DNA of 61,869 bases, counting the filler, from Parachlamydiales bacterium (lineage in GTDB: Bacteria; Chlamydiota; Chlamydiia; Chlamydiales; Parachlamydiaceae): NCBI GenBank assembly GCA_020051075.1. It is 4 parts of 4 records of this genome, joined end to end, with 100 filler letters (N's around TTAATTAATTAA, not from the genome) between each part and the next. Parts side by side here need not be neighbours in the genome. Positions count along the whole stretch, not along the records: positions 1 to 26,620 come from JAGVJP010000014.1; 3 more parts are not named here. One strand, given 5' to 3'. Within the stretch, counting starts at the first letter, position 1. Each line of letters starts with the position of its first letter. The notes beneath the pieces are model-generated. The model was given only the letters and a program-made list of their open reading frames with translations. It was not told the origin of the DNA and ran no database searches. The translations under genes and the position numbers were made by a program. Below are positions 10,265-18,436 of the stretch, piece after piece.

Positions 10265-11373
10265 CAGCTTCTAACATTCTCCTCTTTGCAGATCGTCTCC
10301 CTCCTCTCATTGGCGGCATGGAAATGCATGCAGGATATTTTATTGAATATTTCACCGATCATCCAAAATATCCGCTCTCTGGGGTGATCACGAAGGATTG
10401 TGAGGGAGAAGACTATCTTCTATCACATGGTCTAATCAATATTCACGATTTACCAAATCTCTTCGATCCGACAGTGATCTTCTTTAATAGCGGGCGATGG
10501 ATTGAGGAATTTGAAGTCATACGGAAGATTTTTCCAGGAGCAATTTTCATCTATCGCACAGGTGGAAATGAAATTATCAAAGCCCCGCTCATTCGGAATC
10601 AAATCTCCGATCATGCGTTTAGACAAGCTTATTGGGTTGAGACTTTAAATCGCACGATCGACTTGTTGATCACAAACTCTGATTTCACGGAAAGGCGTCT
10701 TAGGGATGTAGGGATAGCCTGCCCATTCAGCTGCCTTGTAGGGGGCGTGAACGCTGCTGCCTTAAGGCCGTCAACAGCAACTGATAACAGCAATAAAATA
10801 ACCATTTTCTGCGGAGCACGCTTTGTTCCATATAAAAACCACCTTTTGTTGTTATCTGTCATCCAACAGCTTATCTTGCGTGGCCTCCAGCTTAGCCTTC
10901 GCCTTGCTGGAGATGGTCCTTTGTTAGAGAGAGCAAGGGAACAAGTGACTAAAGATAAGCTGACTTCTGTTGTCGAGTTTCTTGGCGTTCTTGACAATGA
11001 ACGCACCTGTCAGGAGATTTCGGGGGCTCATATCTATATGCAGCTTAGCGAAGACACCTTCACAGAAGTATTAGGAGGGTCGTATATTCACTCTGAATGT
11101 ATGGGCCGTTCTATTTTGGAAGCTTTAACAGCTGGCACCTTCATCATTGCAGGGAAGAGCGGCGCTCTACAAGAGATTGTTGCCCAAGGCCAAGGGGTGC
11201 TGGTAGAATTCGATGATCTAGAGCGGATGACAGATAAGATCGAGCTGGCGATCAAAAACATCCCTCCAAGGCCCCCTTTTTCTGATCAATATTGTTGGTC
11301 AAAATTATTTTATCGTTATGAACAGTTGATGAGAAATCTAGATGAAAATATTGGTCGTGACAGAAAAGTGTAG
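10261..11373 (+). CDS. Glycosyltransferase family 4 (GT-B)
   Basis: PPLIGGMEMH N-terminal motif, RFVPYKN, AGDGP, EX7E motif ECMGRSILE. Confidence 0.85.
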   Translation: MTASNILLFADRLPPLIGGMEMHAGYFIEYFTDHPKYPLSGVITKDCEGEDYLLSHGLINIHDLPNLFDPTVIFFNSGRWIEEFEVIRKIFPGAIFIYRTGGNEIIKAPLIRNQISDHAFRQAYWVETLNRTIDLLITNSDFTERRLRDVGIACPFSCLVGGVNAAALRPSTATDNSNKITIFCGARFVPYKNHLLLLSVIQQLILRGLQLSLRLAGDGPLLERAREQVTKDKLTSVVEFLGVLDNERTCQEISGAHIYMQLSEDTFTEVLGGSYIHSECMGRSILEALTAGTFIIAGKSGALQEIVAQGQGVLVEFDDLERMTDKIELAIKNIPPRPPFSDQYCWSKLFYRYEQLMRNLDENIGRDRKV

Positions 11374-12994
11374 TCCAATCAAAAGCCAGCGAGATGGCGG
11401 GGCAAGATTGGTAGAAACGATCCAACGCTCTTTTGGACATTCTGTCAGTATCTTGCAATTTAGTCAAAGCGAAAATTCGTCCGCAACATGGCAGTTTGAC
11501 TATCCCATCGATCATTGCGACCGGTTTGAAAGGCGGCTTGCCAATGCGAATTTCATCGCAGAAAAAGTCAAAGCTCTCGAAGAGGGGTTTACTCATGTCG
11601 TCTTCATTCACCTATCGATGCAGTTTGGTCTGGTCAATACCCCCTTGAGAAACGACCTCATCATTTGGACTTTCCCTATGCTTCTTACCCCTTCGTATCT
11701 GGCTTCTGGAGAAACTGTCCCCGCTCCCTATACTGAAATGGAACGATTGACTTTAGCCATTTCTCATAACATCATCACTCCCAGCCATCTTGAGCGTCGC
11801 CAACTCATGGAATTTTATTCTGTTCCACAAGAATGCATTCGAGTGATTCCTAGAGGGATTGATACGCAATGGATTGTTCCAAAAGTCCGAACTGTCGAGT
11901 ACCATCCCAAATTCTGTGCCTTGGGGAGTATAAAGCCTCAGAAAAACACTGTAGGACTGATCCGCCTCTTTGCAAAAATTCGTGAGGCAATTCCTGGGTC
12001 CACTCTTCGAATGATCGGACCCGTCCAAAACTCTGACTATTACGCTGCTGTTCTTGAAGAGATAAAACGATGCGGAGTGGATGAAGCGGTTGAACTCTTA
12101 GGATATGTTCCGCCAAATGAGCTTTCTTCAGTCCTCGATGATGTGCATCTACATTTGTCGACATCTCTCTGTGAAACATTTGGACGTTCGATTTTTGAAA
12201 CCCTTGCTTCAGGGCTGCCTAATGTCGCAAGAGCTTCAGGGAATGCTGCTGCTGAATTTCTACAAGGCTTTCCCTATTCGCGATTTTCAGATCATGACAA
12301 CGACATTTTACAAGCGATTCAAGATATCCTTGCAGATTTACCAAAGCTTTCGGCGATGGCTTGTGAAATCGGGGAGCTCTACGACGATACACGACTTTCT
12401 CAACTGCTCTTGGCTGAGCTTTGCCATAAGGACTCTATCGGTATCTGTGATTTTGATGGGACTCTTTTTCATAAAGATGATCCTCAACGAACGAAGAGAT
12501 GTATGGATGCTTTCCGAAACTATCCAATCAGGGTGATTTGCAGTGCGCGTGCTATTGAGGACTTAATTGAAAAAATGCAGTCTCATCAACTGGAGGCAGA
12601 CTGGATTGTGGGATGCAGCGGAGCTGTCGTGGCTAATGGAAAAGGGGAGGTTCTCTGGTATACTCCTTTGAATCCAGCTGATCATGATCATTTGAAGGGG
12701 CTTCTTCCACAAGCTAACCCGATAGAAATGGATGGGAAGGTGTTACAGATGGCTGCTCCAGCAGAGGTGCTGCCAACTTTTTCGGGATTGCGTATTGAAA
12801 TCTATCAGGGCATGGCGTTTATTGGACATTGGGAAGCATCGAAGCTGCATGCCGTTCATCGTCTTCTGCGTCATATAAACTGGCTAGGACGAGTCTCCGT
12901 CTTTGGCGATGGCCCATATGATGCGCAGCTCATAACATTTTTTGACGGAATTTTTCTCTCTAACAATCTCAACAATGAGGTGGTCTATGTCTGA
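11342..12994 (+). CDS. GT4 glycosyltransferase fused to a C-terminal HAD-IIB phosphatase
   Basis: GT4 motifs VIPRGID, KPQKN, ETFGRSIFE; HAD motifs DFDGT, CSAR, SK, GDGPYD. Confidence 0.85.
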   Translation: MKILVVTEKCSPIKSQRDGGARLVETIQRSFGHSVSILQFSQSENSSATWQFDYPIDHCDRFERRLANANFIAEKVKALEEGFTHVVFIHLSMQFGLVNTPLRNDLIIWTFPMLLTPSYLASGETVPAPYTEMERLTLAISHNIITPSHLERRQLMEFYSVPQECIRVIPRGIDTQWIVPKVRTVEYHPKFCALGSIKPQKNTVGLIRLFAKIREAIPGSTLRMIGPVQNSDYYAAVLEEIKRCGVDEAVELLGYVPPNELSSVLDDVHLHLSTSLCETFGRSIFETLASGLPNVARASGNAAAEFLQGFPYSRFSDHDNDILQAIQDILADLPKLSAMACEIGELYDDTRLSQLLLAELCHKDSIGICDFDGTLFHKDDPQRTKRCMDAFRNYPIRVICSARAIEDLIEKMQSHQLEADWIVGCSGAVVANGKGEVLWYTPLNPADHDHLKGLLPQANPIEMDGKVLQMAAPAEVLPTFSGLRIEIYQGMAFIGHWEASKLHAVHRLLRHINWLGRVSVFGDGPYDAQLITFFDGIFLSNNLNNEVVYV

Positions 12995-13910
12995 ATCCTA
13001 TTATAAAGGTTACTGGATGGTGACAAACCGATGTAATCTCAATTGCGGCTACTGTGTCCTTGAAAATGCCCCTCACCAACGCAAAGCAGAGCTTGATCTG
13101 AATGCGAAAAAGGAATTGGTCTCGCATTTATATCATCAACTAGGTTTTCGCCGTCTCACGCTCTCAGGGGGAGAAGTGCTAATCATCGGGAAGAAGCCCC
13201 CATCTGATTTTATTGAGCTCCTTCGCCATATTAGGACGTTTCGTTCTGCCGACCCTGCAAAAAACTTGGAAATCGAACTCTACACCAATGGAACATACCT
13301 TGATGACAACGTTGCGTGTGAAATGGAGGGTGTTGTCGATCTGGTTGCAATTACAATTGATAGCGCCGACAATAATTTTTTGACCGATATTGGAAGAAAT
13401 AATGGGCGATTTAAAAATTATTACGAAAATATCATCCGGGTTTGTGGAATCCTTGCTAACAGAGGCATAGAATTAAAACTCCACAGCGTGATCGGACAAA
13501 AAAATCACCTCACACTTCCTGGAGAGGTCTCATCAATTTTAGATGCTATTGAAAAGGCTTCTGCAGGGGTGTCAGCTTGGAAATTTTATCAGTATATGTC
13601 ATACGATGCTCCTGAAAAAGATAAATTTCATGCGATTTCGCCGGAGCTCTATCAAAAATTTAAAGAGGAAACTGAGGAGGCTTTAACAGGACGTAATGTC
13701 CGTCTGCATTTTAAGGACAATGAGGAAATGAACGCGTCGTTATTTAACATCCTATCCTATGGGAATGCCCAATATATGCGCGCGAATGACACCTGGTCAA
13801 CAAGCCAGCGGACTGGCGACCTCCGGACATACAATTCCATGTCAGAGTTGTTTGCTAAGCATGAAATCAATGAAACATTATTCCGTCGATTTCACGAGGT
13901 GTTGCGATGA
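12987..13910 (+). CDS. Radical SAM enzyme, viperin (RSAD2)-like
   Basis: CNLNCGYC, LSGGE, TNG, ITIDS, IGRNNG, LKLHSVI, WKFYQ, DNEEMNAS; GAGGTGG RBS before ATG 12987. Confidence 0.85.
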   Translation: MSESYYKGYWMVTNRCNLNCGYCVLENAPHQRKAELDLNAKKELVSHLYHQLGFRRLTLSGGEVLIIGKKPPSDFIELLRHIRTFRSADPAKNLEIELYTNGTYLDDNVACEMEGVVDLVAITIDSADNNFLTDIGRNNGRFKNYYENIIRVCGILANRGIELKLHSVIGQKNHLTLPGEVSSILDAIEKASAGVSAWKFYQYMSYDAPEKDKFHAISPELYQKFKEETEEALTGRNVRLHFKDNEEMNASLFNILSYGNAQYMRANDTWSTSQRTGDLRTYNSMSELFAKHEINETLFRRFHEVLR

Positions 13911-14623
13911 ACAGCTTGATTGTCACTCTTGATATTGATTGGGCCTCTGAGCCCGCCATAGAGCAAACGCTTGATTTTCTGATCGACCGGCAAATTAAGC
14001 CTGCTGTCTTCGTCACGCATCGATCTCCTTGTGTGGAAGCGCTGATAGAGGAGGTCGATGTGGGTCTTCATCCCTATTTCGGACGAGATTCCTCCCATGG
14101 ATCGACCATCTCCGAAGTCGTCAAAACGGTGATGGATTTTCCCCACAATCTCCCGGCATTTCGCTGTCACAGATTTGCTGTGTGTAATTCGTCCCGTCAA
14201 GCGATGTCTGAAGCAGGCATGCTGATCTCATCTAACGTCTGCACAGACTTATCCATTGTTCCCCCTTTCAGAGATCGGTTTGGAATGCTTGAAGTCCCGA
14301 TCTTTATGGAAGATGGTGGCTATTTATGGCAGAAACACCCCCTGGAAATCAACGACTCTTTATTGGCTGCACTGATGCAGGAGGGGGTTAAAGTGATCAC
14401 TATCCATCCGATGCATTTTGCATTAAACACTCCTCATTTTGACTTTATGTTTGAGATTAAACAATCGATGAGCCGCGATGAATGGAATACTCTGTCTAAA
14501 GCTACTCTGAAAAGCCTTCGATGGCCTGGAAGAGGGATTGCTGACTTTCTGATTGAACTGCTACAGCTTCCGCTTCCGGCAGCGCGCTTACGCGATTTAA
14601 TACAGCATAATCATCGAAGATGA
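13907..14623 (+). CDS. Polysaccharide-deacetylase-like protein (WbmS/NodB-like fold)
   Basis: TLDIDWA, AVFVTH, VGLHPYF, FRCH, PIFMED, TIHPMH. Confidence 0.75.
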   Translation: MNSLIVTLDIDWASEPAIEQTLDFLIDRQIKPAVFVTHRSPCVEALIEEVDVGLHPYFGRDSSHGSTISEVVKTVMDFPHNLPAFRCHRFAVCNSSRQAMSEAGMLISSNVCTDLSIVPPFRDRFGMLEVPIFMEDGGYLWQKHPLEINDSLLAALMQEGVKVITIHPMHFALNTPHFDFMFEIKQSMSRDEWNTLSKATLKSLRWPGRGIADFLIELLQLPLPAARLRDLIQHNHRR

Positions 14624-15266
14624 CAGCTTCGATAGCAAAATTGAATCGGTCAATTTCAAGGCAGCGAGCGAAGTCTTCGACAGGATATTGCCACTGATCT
14701 TCAGAGAAAAAACATTTTCCCGAACACTCTTTAAGTTCTGACAAATAAGGAGAGATATCGATTTTATCACCGCGGAACAACGCTTCGATATATAGCGCGC
14801 AAAGGTCGTCTTCTAACGAGGGGGTGATCCCTTCATGCCCCATTGGGAGAATCGTCAACTCAGGATTTGTCAGCGTTTTAATGTGTTGTACTGTGGCATC
14901 AGCATTGATAAAACCAGCTGCTAATATCACATCGGCATTTTTTGAAATGAGGATCCCTCTGGCCCCTGCCTCAGTTCTATGGAACACGGTGCGGTTTGTG
15001 AGGTCAATCTCACTCACGCGAGTAGGTGAATTTGGGATCGTATAGGACGCGAATGAACCTAGCTCTGGCTTCCCTATCAAGATAGCGTGAGGAAAGGGCT
15101 GTGCGAGTCGAGCAATTACTGAGCTTCTTGTTGTTAGGTTGTACGTTATGGGATTGTCTTCTAGAACATAGCATGCAGTTGTAAACGCACGAAAGACGTC
15201 AATAACGAGTGTAACATGCGTTTTTGCGACTCTTGTGTTTATTTGCGGTAAAAAAAGGGGAGACAT
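14502..15266 (-). CDS. 2-phosphosulfolactate phosphatase (ComB)-family protein
   Basis: VIDVFRAFTTA, NSP, TEAGARG, FINADA, SLEDDLCA; start set at ATG 15266 to avoid overlap with the upstream gene. Confidence 0.8.
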   Translation of the reverse strand: MSPLFLPQINTRVAKTHVTLVIDVFRAFTTACYVLEDNPITYNLTTRSSVIARLAQPFPHAILIGKPELGSFASYTIPNSPTRVSEIDLTNRTVFHRTEAGARGILISKNADVILAAGFINADATVQHIKTLTNPELTILPMGHEGITPSLEDDLCALYIEALFRGDKIDISPYLSELKECSGKCFFSEDQWQYPVEDFARCLEIDRFNFAIEAVIFDDYAVLNRVSALPEAEAVAVQSESQQSLFQAIEGFSE

Positions 15267-15276
15267 GAATAGAGAT

Positions 15277-16338
15277 CTACTTATTGACGATGGTGATGAA
15301 AGCGGAGAGGGTGATCTCATGAGCAAGGCCAATCAGCTGGCCTGTGGAGGAGACGGCAGTCCCGCCGGCAGCGCAGAACCCTTGGAGCTTCCGCTTTCCC
15401 GTGACATCGAGACTATCAGGACAGTAGATCAAATAGTCAAGCCCGTGCCATTGGGAGATTAACTCACTTTCTGCAATGAGTCGGAAGGGGAGTTCAAGGG
15501 CTTGTAGCTGCTTTACAGCTTCTTCGAGGCATGCATAGTGCGAGGGGAGGTAGCATCTGCTGGGAGGGATGCAGATAGCGATTGCAGCCGGCTCAACGGG
15601 GAAAGGGAGAGTGGTGTTGTCGACCCCAGCGTAGCCTATTGGTGAGGCTCGACCCCAGCCCAAAGAAGGAAATGGGAGCGTATGAGAGCAAAGCGCCAAA
15701 GAAAAACGTTCGAATTTCTCTGGATTAAGGACAAGGAGCTGGGCAAGGACAGATTTTGCAAAAGGAGAAATATCCAAAAAAAGGTAAATCGGCAGCGAGT
15801 CGGGGATGCGAGACACGAGAAGAGTCATGTACTGAACACAGACATCTCTGCAGAAGAGAATTTTGTGGAGAGGATGGAGCTCTTGATGAGAAATTCCCGC
15901 TTCTTTTAACCATTCATTCAATTGTTCGGTGTGAATGGGATCCCAACGGAGTTGTTCAGAAAAATTGGCTCTCCCTCGATAGATCGAAAGCCCTGCAGTC
16001 TTATCTTTGAATTCCTTCCACAGGGTATCTCTAAAGTGTTCGACAGCTAGAGAAAGGGAAAGAAACTGGCTTTGGATTTCGAGAGAGTGGACCAGATGTT
16101 CAAACAACCCGAGTTCGATGTTCCACAAAATCCAGTATCCTGCTTTTGTTGCTTTTTCAGCTAGCTTACGCTGGTTTTGCCAATCTAAATCGCTGTCCAG
16201 CCCTCCATCGAGGGTGATCGTCACCGCATCAAAATCAGGCAGTTGCTGTCCTGTCCAATCTCCTTCGTAAATGCGGAGGGAGGGGACGATGATCTGTTCT
16301 TCAATGGCATTGTTGTCTTCATCGGTCATGAGGGGCAT
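15277..16338 (-). CDS. Hypothetical protein downstream of trmB
   Basis: Long ORF coupled to the trmB stop; C-terminal WHGLDYLI...KRKLQGFCAAGG. Confidence 0.7.
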   Translation of the reverse strand: MPLMTDEDNNAIEEQIIVPSLRIYEGDWTGQQLPDFDAVTITLDGGLDSDLDWQNQRKLAEKATKAGYWILWNIELGLFEHLVHSLEIQSQFLSLSLAVEHFRDTLWKEFKDKTAGLSIYRGRANFSEQLRWDPIHTEQLNEWLKEAGISHQELHPLHKILFCRDVCVQYMTLLVSRIPDSLPIYLFLDISPFAKSVLAQLLVLNPEKFERFSLALCSHTLPFPSLGWGRASPIGYAGVDNTTLPFPVEPAAIAICIPPSRCYLPSHYACLEEAVKQLQALELPFRLIAESELISQWHGLDYLIYCPDSLDVTGKRKLQGFCAAGGTAVSSTGQLIGLAHEITLSAFITIVNK

Positions 16339-17014
16339 CCATTTTTTGATAGGAATGATAGTGGATTGTTTTTCCTTTTTCCCGCCAGAGATCTTCGAAA
16401 TAGGAGGTCCCATAGCCTGGATAGTCGGTAACATAATAAGGAGAAGGAAATATTGAACGGAAGCCTGGCGTAGAATTCAATGTTTGAATCAGAGCTGAAG
16501 AATAACGCTCGTCATCGGTGACGATGGTCAAGAGTCCTCCCACCTTTAAAATTCGATGAAGCTCCTGGATGAATCGGGGCTGGATGATGCGGTGTTTCGC
16601 ATGGCGGGTTTTCGGCCACGGGTCGGGGAAGTTGATATAGATATTTTTGATGCTGGCAGTGGGAAAGTAGTTCTCCGTCACACAGTGCCCTTCGCCGCAA
16701 ATTCCAACCAAGTTTGGAAGGTTGTCGTTTTTGATTTTTGACCATATTTTTCTGATCCGTTCAAATTTTTTTTCGACAGCAATCCAATTGTCGTTCTGAT
16801 ATTGTTTCGCTTGGCTCGCGATCCAAGCGCCATTGCCGCTGCAATACTCAATAGAGACAGGGTTTGCATTGTTGAATAAGAGAGGGTGGTCCCAACCAGG
16901 GAAAGTAAAAGAGGTGTATTCGCTCATGAGGGGAGGGACATACCAAATCCGATCTTCGATCATGATTTGGCGTTCAGTCCGCGAGAATGGGGAGATGAGG
17001 TTTTTGGGTTTCAT
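16319..17014 (-). CDS. trmB: tRNA (guanine-N7)-methyltransferase
   Basis: IEYCSGNG, NFPDPWPKTRHAKHR, VTDD, SYFEDLW. Confidence 0.93.
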   Translation of the reverse strand: MKPKNLISPFSRTERQIMIEDRIWYVPPLMSEYTSFTFPGWDHPLLFNNANPVSIEYCSGNGAWIASQAKQYQNDNWIAVEKKFERIRKIWSKIKNDNLPNLVGICGEGHCVTENYFPTASIKNIYINFPDPWPKTRHAKHRIIQPRFIQELHRILKVGGLLTIVTDDERYSSALIQTLNSTPGFRSIFPSPYYVTDYPGYGTSYFEDLWREKGKTIHYHSYQKMDAPHDR

Positions 17015-17105
17015 ACTACGAAGAGTGTTGTCAAATCACTCTATATTATCCGAAAAAGCATTTAAGATAAATCAGAATTATTGATCTCACAGGGCTGACG
17101 CATTA

Positions 17106-17352
17106 TGATGAAAACACAGAGGCACAGAGAACACGGAGAAGGCAAAAAGGACAAAACAGGATAAGAAGGATAGGTAGGATAGGTAGGATCGCTTTACCGC
17201 GGGATAGAAAGGCATACGCATCAGTTGCTTACCCGCTTTCATCCCCAATTTGCCCGAACGTAAACAATTTAACACAGAGACACAGAGAGCACGGAGAGAT
17301 AGTAGACCCATGTTCACTCTCTGTGTTCTCTGTGCCTCTGTGTTTCTATCAT
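17106..17352. repeat. Composite palindromic intergenic repeat (ACACAGAG arms enclosing AGGAT-family units)
   Basis: aaacacagaggcacagagaacacggaga pairs with tctctgtgttctctgtgcctctgtgttt; internal tandem aggataggt units. Confidence 0.75.
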
Positions 17353-17413
17353 TATTTACAATTATGAGGTTCTATGGTAGTGTTGTTGGATTACACACGA
17401 TTTAAGGATCATC

Positions 17414-18307
17414 ATGATAGGCAGGAACGACCCCTGTTGGTGCGGGAGCGGAGAGAAATGGAAGAGATGCCATTACCCTCAGGCAGCAGCAGTATCGCCG
17501 CACGTGCAATTAAAAAAGGATTACCTCAAGCATTTCGATGTGATTATTAAAGATCCTGACGAAATCGAGAAAATCAGAGAGGCCTGCATAGTGGCCTCGC
17601 ACATCCTCGACCGCCTCTGTGAGAAGGCTCAAGCCGGAGTGACGACGCTGGAACTCAATGACTACGCCAACCGCCTCCATGCCGAAGCTGACGCTATCCC
17701 AGCGCCGTTAAACTATGGGATGCCCCCATTTCCTAGAAGCATCTGCACATCGTTGAACGATGTGATCTGTCATGGAATCCCTGATCATACAGCCCTGAAA
17801 GAAGGGGATATCCTCAATATCGATGTGACGAGTATTTATAAAGGTTTTTTTGGCGATTGCAGCCGAATGGTGACCATAGGCGCTGTCGACCCTGAAAAGC
17901 AGCTTGTCATCGACGTTGCCTATGAATGCCTCATGCGTGCCATCGCCGCTCTTGAACCGGGGATTCCACTCTCAACCATTGGCGATGTCATCGAAGGGTA
18001 TGCTGAATCCAAGGGCTGCTCCGTTGTCAGAGCTTTTGTCGGGCATGGGATTGGAAAGAAATTTCATGAGGGGCCTCAAGTGGCTCACTATCGGGATTCT
18101 AATCCTCTCATCTTAGTTCCTGGCATGACGTTTACAATAGAACCGATGATCAATGCGGGCACGTACGACACTGTCATCGATGCCAGAGACCGGTGGACAG
18201 CACGAACAAAAGATGGGAAGCCAAGTGCACAGTGGGAGCATACTCTCTTAATTACAGAGAATGGACATGAGGTCCTCACGCCATGGAAAAGGGACGTTGT
18301 TGCATAA
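17414..18307 (+). CDS. map: Type I methionine aminopeptidase with N-terminal SEC-C motif
   Basis: GRNDPCWCGSGEKWKRCH; ICHGIP, DILNIDVT, GHGIG, FTIEPMIN, SAQWEHT. Confidence 0.95.
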   Translation: MIGRNDPCWCGSGEKWKRCHYPQAAAVSPHVQLKKDYLKHFDVIIKDPDEIEKIREACIVASHILDRLCEKAQAGVTTLELNDYANRLHAEADAIPAPLNYGMPPFPRSICTSLNDVICHGIPDHTALKEGDILNIDVTSIYKGFFGDCSRMVTIGAVDPEKQLVIDVAYECLMRAIAALEPGIPLSTIGDVIEGYAESKGCSVVRAFVGHGIGKKFHEGPQVAHYRDSNPLILVPGMTFTIEPMINAGTYDTVIDARDRWTARTKDGKPSAQWEHTLLITENGHEVLTPWKRDVVA

Positions 18308-18411
18308 TCACCACTGAGATCGGTGAGGAATGATGAGAAAATTGAGAAATCATCAAACCTTTTCTCTTCTATCTCATAACTCCTCGGTAATCTCAGTGGC
18401 TCTGTGGTGAA
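18308..18411. repeat. Imperfect inverted repeat between convergent genes (REP-like / bidirectional terminator)
   Basis: ccactgagat...gagga pairs with tcctcggtaatctcagtgg. Confidence 0.5.
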
Positions 18412-18436
18412 TGATGCGTCAAAGCCATGGAAAAGG

